A program made the translations under genes and the position numbers. Positions 12,140-22,500 of a stretch of 64,000 nucleotides of DNA are shown here, in pieces. The stretch lies in contig CM030332.1 of assembly GCA_017654855.1 (NCBI GenBank), positions 7,750,001 to 7,814,000 of the forward strand, read 5' to 3'. The number at the start of each line of letters is the position of its first letter. The first letter of the stretch is position 1. This stretch comes from Podospora anserina (Eukaryota). Under the pieces are notes generated by a model. That model was given only the letters and a program-made list of their open reading frames with translations, was not told the origin of the DNA and searched no databases.

Positions 12140-14900
12140 CACGCCACACCAAACCCACACCGATAGGGTGTTCGTCGGCTGCTACCTAGCACCATGACTC
12201 GCCGTCGGGCTTTCTGGGCTTGTCTTGGACCAGGTCTAGGCCTCTTTGGAGCTCATATACATGCCTTATCACTGTGGAGGGGTTTTGATCCGATGGGGTT
12301 TATGGGCAGATTCGAAAAGGGGGGGGAGGGTAATTCGGGGAGGGATACATATTGCAAAGAGAGGGTTTTTTACGTTTCCTATTCAGATATCACCGTCATG
12401 TATGCGGCGGAAAGAGCGTTCATATCTGTTGATTTCATCGACTTCTAGTTCACAGGTAGTTCTTTGCTTCTTATCATTTCTAAACATGATTTCTCACACA
12501 CTAATCTGTCACGATTCTGCACTGGAGACTTCTTGGTGATTCGTGATTCTTCCACCATATGCCGGAGGGAAACGCCCCAGTGGCCGATGATTGGAGGATA
12601 GGGGTTACCGCAAAACAAACAAAAAAAGCAATTCTAGGCCTTGAGTTGCACCTCGATCGATGATGACCAAGCATGTGCCCATCTTCTTCTTACCCTCTCG
12701 CATCCCCTTGAGCCTCGAGCACGAGACAACGTTACTTTTGGTTGGCCCGGCTGCAAACCGCAAGGCTGCCGGTGGGACAGCCCGGCCCAGTTCCCGATCA
12801 CGCAACTCCCAGCTGGGTGCAATCGAATCACGACCTCTCGTCTAGCAGCCAGTAGGAAGACTGCGGTGTGATCTGCATGGGAGCGGACAACGACAGCAGA
12901 AGAAGAAGAAGAAGCAAGAAAGCAAATAGCTGCTGGGTGAGGTTGACCGGGAAGCTGCATGTGCATACCGAGAAAGTGCGCTGAAGAAGACAACAAGTGG
13001 GAAGTGGCTTGCACATGTGAAAGTCTACGCAGATAAGGTGTTCTTCGTATTACAGTGCGGATAGGCGGATGTTTGTTGCCTTGTAGGGAGTTTCGTGGTA
13101 ACTCACGGCGCGGGCCGAAGCACTGACGGCTTTCCCGCCTGACTGGCTGATGATTTCTGCCATCAAAGTTACGGAGCCACGGAACTCAAGAGATACTGTG
13201 GTCGAGGGGTGAATCTTCCATGAGAACAGCATACCTATCTCATGCTTCGTCCCTGGGGTGAGCTGGTTTGGAAGAGGCCTTTTGAAAGTTATCTGAAAAT
13301 GTCCAGTGCGTCAGTAGCAAGCCTGTCCTCTACCCTACCACTCTGCAGTTTCATTCTCACATGGACATCCCACACGGATGTCGCACAAGTTTTGAACATG
13401 GGGAAAGACAGTGGATCGTTACCTTCGGGGGCTGCGCGGAGAGAGACGGTCGAGTTCCAGCGGTTATCTCGACGTTGAACAGACATCAGATGTAAGCCAG
13501 TTCCAAACTCGTCCCATGTCTTCTGACTGGAATGATTAGCCAATTTCAAAACTACCACGGACAATGACAAGGGATAGAACATACGGTTTGTGGGAAGTCT
13601 CTGTTGCGCCATCTCATGGACCCCATGACGGCCTCGGTCAGGGTAGGGGAGCGGGTGGCTTTTCTCATCCATCCCCACTAGAATGTGTAGCATGAGAGCT
13701 ACGGAGAAGGTCTGGTTGGGCAGAGTTGACCGGTCACAGGAAGTTCGCGAGGCGGGATGGCTGTCGACCTGTCCTTGCCCGCCCTCACCCACCATGTTCT
13801 CTGTCGAGGGACAGGAGGTTTCTCACCGGTCAAAGAAGCAACTTCTAAAGATGGTAAGCATCCCGCACGATACCTCGCCATCAGCGGATGTTGTGTTCGG
13901 GTGCTTGGCTTGGTGGAGAGTCGTCCTACCCCAGATCGTGGGGGCCTTTTGAGCAGCTCTGTTCTGAGGTGACGCTGTCAGCGAGGGCAGATGACTAGGT
14001 GCTGTGGCATGGATAGCTGTAGGGTGCCGTAAAATATCCGTGTCTTGCTCTGATGCGAGCAAAAATGCTTGTGAGAGGTGACTTCTCAACTTGACAAGGA
14101 GACGAGCGCGATTTTCCTCACGCCTATTGTACTACTCTGCAGGCCAAAAACAAGACAAGTCAAAAATCCAAAATGCCGATCAAATCACCCTCGGTTCCGA
14201 AGCGGAAGCGACCTTGCTGATAATCAGACGAGGGGGGAAGGCGAGTGATGGGATCTTCAGCTCTGTCCCTAGCATGATCATATTTGCGAGGACAGCGCGG
14301 TTTCACTTCCTCCGTCCCGATGACCATCCTGAGTGTCTAGACCTATCGAGTCTCCCGAAACTCACGTCACTGTGACAGAGTTTGTGTGCTCTCCACGGAG
14401 CATAGTCCGCGGCAACTGCCCAGAACTCCTTGCTCCCGATACACATGCTCTAGCGCCCCTGATGTTTCAACACGACCGCTGTGCGCGCTTGTCTTCAATT
14501 CCATCACCTCCTCATATGCATTTCCGGCAAGACAAGAATGGGTTCATGATGGAGGTCTTCTGTGCATAAATGTCAGGGTCGCTGGCATCTAATCCAGGAA
14601 GACGGTGTCTGCCAGTCTGGGCCTCCATCCGAGTCTTCTTGCCTCACTCCACAAAACACCGTGTGCTGACTGTCTATTAGGACTCCCGGCATTGACGGCT
14701 CTCTCCTGAGTGACGGCGGTCAATACCCTTGGCACTTGCAACCATCTGTGCTAGTCCATTTCAGTCAAACTACCTGCCACCTGAAGCCGCTCAGCTGTCG
14801 AAGCTAGCCTTGATACTTTAGAGCATCGACGATTACCCGTCGATATTTCTGCAGCCAGGGCTCTCGGTTCCAGTCAACAAGGCGTTGTGCTGACTGCAGG

Positions 14901-16116
14901 ATGACATCGGTTCATCATGGCAACAGTCTGATAGGGGACAGTATAGAACACGATGTCCATCCTGATAGGGTTGCTGTGATGATTAGGGACAACCTCCCCG
15001 AGCTTCAGAGCATTCTCTTCTCATTCACCAGCAGAGTTGTACGTTATTCGCCCTGTCTAATGTTTTGCTAGCTAACATAACATATCACAGACAGGCCGCC
15101 CATGGATGCTTACAACAGTTCTTCAGCCACCTGCTTCGACGTCTCGTCAGCCCAGGGTGCAAATGCTGGGGCTTCCACTTATGCGGGCCGACAGTTGCGA
15201 CCACATCAGCTCCATCCCCAGGAGGCATCTCACTTGGTTGAGCGTGACCGGACCGGGATCGTTTGTCACCATCAACATGTTGAAGCAACGGCTCATGCAG
15301 ACACGTGGTCTGGAAACACTCCATCTGCGCAATTTTGCCGAGCGTTCCTTCGAGTTCGTGGGCAATGAGAGATTGCCACCCCTTCGGGAGCTGGTTCTTG
15401 AGAGCTATGACTGGCGACACTCTCTGGAAGAGAGCACCAACAACTGGGACTTTTCTCAACTCAAGGTCCTCATGCTATTCTCGGTTAAGCATCTGACGAG
15501 CCTGTTCAGAGTCATCTCGCAAGTCCCGCACCGTTTGGAGACGTTGGTTTTCGACATGGAATGGGGCCCTGAAGTCATACCGAGTCTTCAAACGCTTTGC
15601 GAATGTCCCAGTCTACACACGGTTGTGGTCCGCCTTCCGCCCAAGCTGCCAACCACCGACACAGACCTTCTCCAACAGCTCCAGATACCCCTCAGGGAGG
15701 CCCACGACAACCTCGCGTATAAGCTGGCCGCGGGCATCATCCACCTCCTGCTCCGAACTAGATTCGGCAATACCAAGTGGCAAGACATCTATGTCCTGTT
15801 CGGGGAGTGGAAGATGTGGGATAACGCCGGGCTGCATCCAGGCTACTACTTCAAGTACATCGGCCCCGTCAATGAAGGGATGCACATTGAAAACCTCAAC
15901 AAATTCGACATGCAGGCGCTGTTGGCAACAATGGCCAGAATGACGGGTGCTGGAGCAGAGGGTGCCACAACGCTGGACGGCGCAAAAAAGAAGAAGGCAA
16001 GACGTCCCCAGCCTGTCGGGCAGAGTGGTGACAGGATGGGATTCTATCACGAGGTGTATGGTTTGCGCTCCTTGTTGGCGTCGAAGCCGTTGGATAGGAT
16101 TTCTTTGTCTTTTTGA
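14901..16116 (+). CDS. Divergent leucine-rich-repeat-like (F-box/RNI-like) fungal protein; 5' end uncertain (exons 14901-15038, 15091-16116)
   Basis: 336-aa ORF with LRR-like units (LETLHLRNF, LPPLRELVLESYDW, WDFSQLKVLML, LETLVF, LHTVVV). An in-frame upstream exon joins via GTACGT...GCTAAC...CAG. A further acceptor (CTGACTGCAG) just before 14901 suggests more 5' exons. Confidence 0.6.
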
Positions 16117-17033
16117 AGGCCATCTGGCATGACATCTCTTCTACTTTCCAGTGCTTGGCCGACATCATCACATGGCAGACTCGATGCTTCAATCTCCATT
16201 CACAAGAATTGGTTTTCCCCATCTGGATCTTTCAGCTTCTTTTTCCTCCCTTCTTTAATCCTTTTGCTTTGTTAGTTTCCTTTTGGCTTTGGACACTTGC
16301 CTGTTCTTGACTCGTATCTTCCTCGCCAACATTCCTTTTCATTGACCATCTTCTTCTCGACTTCTTTTACATGAGTGAGTCAATGACCGACCTCATCTTG
16401 GTACATCACTACTTGATGATGATTTTCTTGGCTTTCTCTCTACTGTGTTTGATGACAGGCTGCAGCCTGTAGTGTGCGGTTGACTTTTGCTGCTTCAAGT
16501 CATTCCTCTCGGGCTATTTCGTTTCAGTTGGTAATTGTTCAAGGCTGATCTGGTTTTCAAGAACTTGCTCCAAGGCACGGGGCGATGATCTCTCATTTGG
16601 GCTGGTGTCTGGAGGTTGCTTCAGGTGGCAGTCTGCCGGTACCAGGATAGAGCAGCCAGGGGTCAAGGGTTTGGGTAGGCGTTTTCGCTGGCGGTGCAAG
16701 AGATGTGCGGCAAGGACGGAGAGACTGACAAAGCTGTTTTCCTGATGAGGACCTGGAGACAGAATACCATCTAGGGGCGTGGCCAGGGCAGTGGATAAGC
16801 AAATATATTCTGCCTTCTGCCGTGCTCGACCCACTGATCGTGCTTTATGACTGAGCGAGATCAGCCAATATCGCATGCGTGACCACGCGTCTTCTACTCC
16901 TCCTGTCGGCAAGTTCTGAATGACCTTGGAATACTTCGCGGCGATATGTTTGTTTTCTTATATTTTACAGAAATTATTCTTACAAAATCACCACATCCAA
17001 CTAGGTAACTTTTCGAATTACCACCCCCTCCCC

Positions 17034-17880
17034 CTATTTCGGCACACCTTCCTCCTCCTTCTCCATCCTCCTCCTCACCTCCCCCAGCTTCTGCTCCAGC
17101 GACACCTTTTGCTTCCAGAGCTCCCCCTTTGAGTTTTCGAGCATGGCCACTTTTTCGTCGGTGGTGAGCTCCTGGACCTTTTGTTTTTCCTAATGACTCT
17201 TTGTTAGCACACCCGAGTTTCACAACCGTCTACCTACCCCGATGTATAATTTCAAGACGCAATTTATGCTTGATTTCGGGACATAGGAAATGGAAATGGG
17301 TTGCGTGAGAAAAAAATAAAAAAAAATATATAAAAAAATAATAATAATAAAAATCAAAAAAAAAAACTAATAATAATAAAAATAATAATAAATAAATAAA
17401 GCAATAAATAAATAAAAGTATATAAATAAATAAAAAATAAATAAATAAGTAAATAAAAATCAATAACTATTAAAAAAAAATTTAAATAAAAAAATTTAAT
17501 GAAAAAAAATTAATAACAATTTTTAAAAATTAAATAAATAAACAAAATCTTATGCAGGATGATGTGGATATGGGGGTTTGGAGAAAAGAGAGGGCGGCAG
17601 GGGGGGGACGAACCTCGTTCCACTCCCTCTGCGTCTTCAACCCGGCGCCGTAGATGGACCCGGTGAATGCCGTCGCGGCGAAGGCGCCGGTCCAGATGAG
17701 GCGTTTCCAGCGGGGTGCTGGCCCGGGTTTCCCGTCTGTTGTTGACTTTGGGTCGGCTTTTTTTTGGGTTTGCCGCCTCGTGGAAGAGTTGCTGTAGGGT
17801 TGGGATTTGAGGTGGGGGGCTGAGGTTGTGAAGGTTCGTTTGGGGGGGAGTCGAAGGAGGGTTTGTGGTGATCGGGACAT
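17034..17880 (-). CDS. Small (140 aa) putative mitochondrial single-pass membrane protein with C-terminal coiled coil (exons 17880-17614, 17189-17034)
   Basis: Arg/Ser/Thr-rich presequence-like N-terminus (RTFTTSAP), then hydrophobic LIWTGAFAATAFTGSIYGAGLKT. Intron GTTCGT...GCTAAC...TAG gives in-frame EKQKVQELTTDEKVAMLENSKGELWKQKVSLEQKLGEVRRRMEKEEEGVPK*. Confidence 0.8.
17309..17551. repeat. A-rich low-complexity tract (~240 bp) inside an intron
   Basis: Almost only A/T, with AAAT/AAT units and a strong A excess on the + strand. Confidence 0.9.
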
Positions 17881-18641
17881 TTTGTGTGGTTTGTTATGAC
17901 TTATAAAGTCTTATGATGATTTGGTGAGCTTGGGGTGAGTTTGAGACTGTTTTTTTTCAGTACACAATTGATAGACAAGTAAGGGGTGGGTGGTGTGAGG
18001 GTTTGTTGGTGAGTGGTATTGAGTGAGCTGTGATGTCTCGTCTCTTTGAGTGAAAGCAAGGGTTTGAGGCGCACGGACCTGCAGTATGTCAGGGCCGGAT
18101 AACCGGGACCGACCGTTTAGCGCTAAACGGATTGCTTGGTTTTGCTTTGGCGGGAAAGTGGGGCTTCTAACTTCTGCCTTCTTTCAAAGAACACACAAAC
18201 TCAAACTGGGAAGTTGGCAGCTTCTTGCGGAGGCAAGTATGTCCGCTGACTGAGATGATTGAGGGGGTGGTGAGTAATCGCCCTGCGTTTCATGTCCCAT
18301 CGGGAGAGGGGGAAAATGGAGATGGTAACTGGGTCTCGAATAGACGCTGCAGGATGTTCAGTTGTTGGTTTACCAGACAGTTTTGTCTCATTGCCTCGAG
18401 TGGCATTTTGTTCTAGATAAGCGAGGTTGGTGTTCTTCCCGCTGTCTGATTCGATTCGCTCAATCGGAGTGGTGAGGTCAGCTCCTGGATCGCCAATGTT
18501 TCTTCACTGATGACACCTTTTGAGACAATCAAGACCTCAACTTATCCCCTGACCCTGTTTTGCACCTACAACTCCCCTTTTGACAACACATCCGCAGACC
18601 CCCTCATATCCTTCCCTCAATAGTTTTCCACTTTCGAGAAC

Positions 18642-19562
18642 ATGACCCCCCGCGTCTTCATAATCCGCCACGGCGAAACCACCTGGTCCCTCTCCGGCAA
18701 GCACACCTCCACAACCAACATCCCTCTCACCCCCTCGGGCGAGAAGCGCGTCCTAGCCACCGGCCGCGCCCTCGTCGGCAACGACCGTCTCATCGTCCCC
18801 TCCAAGCTCTCCCACATCTATGTCTCCCCTCGCCTCCGCGCCCAGCGCACGTTGGAGCTCTTGAACATTGCTTACCGGTCGCGCACCCCTCTTCTGAGCC
18901 CGGCTCGGGAAGGGGGTATCCCCTGTCAAGCTGAGGTTGAGATCACGGAGGACATCAGAGAGTGGGATTACGGCGACTATGAGGGGATCACCTCCCCCGA
19001 GATCAACAGGATTAGAAAGGAGCAGGGGTTGGATGATGGGAGGAAGTGGGATATCTGGCGAGATGGGTGTCCTGGTGGGGAGTATGCCAGACCATGACTG
19101 TTCGTTACTGGAGGGATGGCTGACTGTGAGTAGGAGCCCAGCGGATATTACTGCTAGGCTAGATAGACTGATCAAGGACATCAGGGAGAAATGGCATCGT
19201 CCAGTGATGGAGGGCGAGAATGTCGGCGAGGGGAAGAAGGGCGACGTCCTGATCGTTGCACATGGGCACATACTCCGAGCTTTCGCGCAGAGGTGGGCGG
19301 GAAAGGAACTTCATGACGGACCAACGTTTTTGCTTGAGGCAGGAGGTGTCGGGACGCTGAGGTATGTATTGCGCGCCGACTTTGCTCTGGGTACGTGCGA
19401 GCGGTCTGCTGAGAAACGACAGTTATGAACACCACAATATCAACGAACCTGCCATTTTACTTGGTGGTGCATTTGTCGTCGGGGACGATTGGTGAGTGGT
19501 CCTTTGCCTGGTATCGACGACGAGCTCGAGGATGGGATAGCTAACCAAGCCAATGTGGCAGA
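18642..19562 (+). CDS. SHB17: Histidine phosphatase family, sedoheptulose-1,7-bisphosphatase Shb17-like (exons 18642-19081, 19134-19361, 19423-19491, 19562)
   Basis: RVFIIRHGETTWS, SPRLRAQRT, REWDYGDYEG, WDIWRDGCPGGE, AHGHILRAF and FLLEAGGVGTLSYEHHNINEPAI match the yeast Shb17 motif order. Confidence 0.88.
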
Positions 19563-22500
19563 GCTGCTAGAGTTGCCACTGTGAGAGAATGATGGCGGTA
19601 CACGTGTCAGTCGACGCCGCACCTAGACTTGCAGCCGAGGATTGTAGAGATCGTGTACATTCGACTTTCTAGATAGGTATTGTGACCAGTTGCTATCGAG
19701 GATATACCTTGGTGGGTATGTTACTTGTGGTATTACAGTTGTTTTGGAATACCGTTTGCAATGCATGGATATCGCATCCAAGAGTCGTCTTCTTGATCAT
19801 GTCGGAAATCTCGAGCAGCATGATGCCATCAATATTTTTATTCCTCCAATAGAATCCTAAACCATTCAATTGGATAAGCTAACACAAGAGGCCCATTGTT
19901 TTACCGCCGTGGCCGCTAAGCTGCAGCAAAGCGGTTTGTTTACTTCCCCTGAAGTGTGGATCTTCGATTCCTCCTTCCACCCTTCCACTACCCAGTTGCC
20001 ATCGCGCCAAAACTTGGATGAAAGCGAAGATTGATCGAGCAAGGCAAAAAGGACAAGAAACGGCACAAACATGCCAGTCACAACCAGCCCATTGCAAAAC
20101 GGGGAAACCGAGAATATAACGACCAGTCACAGTGGCCCATCACACCACACTGCAAGTGGTGTTACAGTCAATGCCAATATTTTCCCTTTCCGGTTGCGCG
20201 ACTGCACCACACTTTGCAACGCACACACCAGATGCTGGCCACATTGGAACATCGGCACGAATGCACCGCATGATGGTCACAAGTAAAAGAACTCTCCTTG
20301 TCGTGCTGCCGGCCATCGTTACGTCCAAAAAGTAGACGTCACACACTAGTGGACCACTTGCTTGCATGAGGGGGCGGCCTGCAATGGCCCAATACCTATG
20401 CGGTACCGCCCCAAAAGGAAAATATGGGAGAGGGGATATGCGGCGTTTTCCACGCGTGTTTCGCCCATGTCTCTCCTGTTTTCATCGGGACCTCCGAAAT
20501 CGAACACGCACCGGTTCGGCAAACATCATCCTGACAACACGCCGGCCATGTCATCGTGAAATTGACCTGAAAGATCAACGTAACCTCCATCATCCTTGAT
20601 GTCATGACACTGAGATGAGATCGCACCACACGACAATGCCGCATGGATCTCAAAGGACCCGAACTTCGCGCCGTGGAATTCAAACAACTGGGCTACGTCG
20701 TGTACCGCCATTCCACCTGGTCCATAAGTGTCAGAGTGAGGTTCATAAAGATTTCCAGCCCCGACTTGATACCGAACGGACAGGTGTTTCATCCGAACAT
20801 ACCTTCGGCGCAAGTGATTCTGGTCGGATACAATTTGGTGTCTTTCAATTCCCATCATCTCAACAGAACTTCGTTCATTTCAGTCTCCATGTCGGTGTTC
20901 CCATTGTTGACTCCACTCGTGATAGTTTGACCTCACAACGCCGGTCCGTGCAACCCCTTACCGACAGCCAGGGGATGGCTCCACAGCAAAGCCATCACAA
21001 CAAGAACTGCAGAGATTTGATTGAATGCGATGTTCAAACAACAAAATGTGTATTTTCGGTGGATCGGGGCAGCGGTATCTGGCCGTGGTTTGGGTCTCTC
21101 AACAAAGTGCGGCGAACTTGGTTCTGCTGTGCAAGTTAGCGTTGGCAATGGCCAGCAGAAGGATAACTAACAAAGCAGAAGGGAAACTACTCAACGCTAC
21201 TGACTAGAAAAGCAAGTTTTGATCGGTTACTTAACTCACCTGCTTTTTGCGCTCCCAGTATCATCAGAAGAACAAGACTAGGCAGCCTTGCGCAAGATGG
21301 TCGATGCTGTGTTGAGCGGCTGGAAGCATCAGCTGTCTAGGCCCGCGACACTTTTGCAGTCGGGTTGGTAAGTCAGTCAGCTTCCACAATATCTGTCCCG
21401 CATGGTCCCTAACCTCGAGCAAGCCAGCGCCCCGGGGGTTAGCAGTGGTGTGTCTGTAGAACGGGTACCAGTGACAATGTGTCGACCCATGGCTGGCTGA
21501 CCACGCCGCACCCAGGCGTGGTAACCGCTCAAAAGATGTCACAGTCCTCTGGCTCGTCGAGGAATTGCGTGGCTTGTTGGTGTCTGGCTGGGCAGCGCAA
21601 TGAAGCGTGTCGAGGGGGGTCGAGCGTCGGAGAAGGGGAATCAGCTGAAAGTTCCGTTAGGGATGTGAAAACCTTGGAACCTCGGGCTGGGGCGCCTGCA
21701 TTTTGCCATCTCTGTGGGTGTTGATCGTCGATTAGCGAATCGCGATACTTTCCTTTGTGGAACAGTTGGCAACCGCAACCACAAAGGATGGAGGGTAGAG
21801 TAAGCTGACCAAAGCAGTAGAATGAGCTTGCACAAGGGCGAGCAGGCATAGCGGCATCACAGCCACAGCGACCAATATCCTCGAGTGGGGAATTATCCCC
21901 GATCCAGCAGGTCAATAGTTCCCTGGGATTGATTATTGATTATGGCGAGATCACGAAATCATCGCCATGCTGTTGGGTCGCGAGCCCTCCACACTGTCAT
22001 AGCTTGGCATAACCCGCCGCTCAGGTTCTTGACGCCTCCCAGATAAGCGGGCTCTTGTCCCTTGCCATCACAACGCCACGATACTGTCCCTCGGGTACTT
22101 CGGGCAAAGACGACAGAACGATTCGATAACGACAGTCCAGATTCGGGAGATACCGAAACACCCATGGGGAGGAAGATGGGCAGCGTGTCGCGAAGGACGC
22201 AATCATACCGAATGGAGGAGGTTCGCAGGTGGCATGAACGACATGGATCACAGCGGTGTCTGGAAGCATGTCAGACTTCTCCGAAACAATGTGACAGGTA
22301 ACATACTGGGGCAGTCGACATCTCTCGGATTTGTTGGGAAGGTTCATGACAAACCCGGGCTCCATGCTCGCAACCTCGTGCTCCTTGTTCGGTGGGCTCG
22401 GTGTGATCCAGAGTGCGCTTGTAATCCTTTAGATGCAGGGTGAACTCAATCAAGTAACGACAAATTTGGGTTGATATGCGCAGACCGAGATGTCCGAGGC

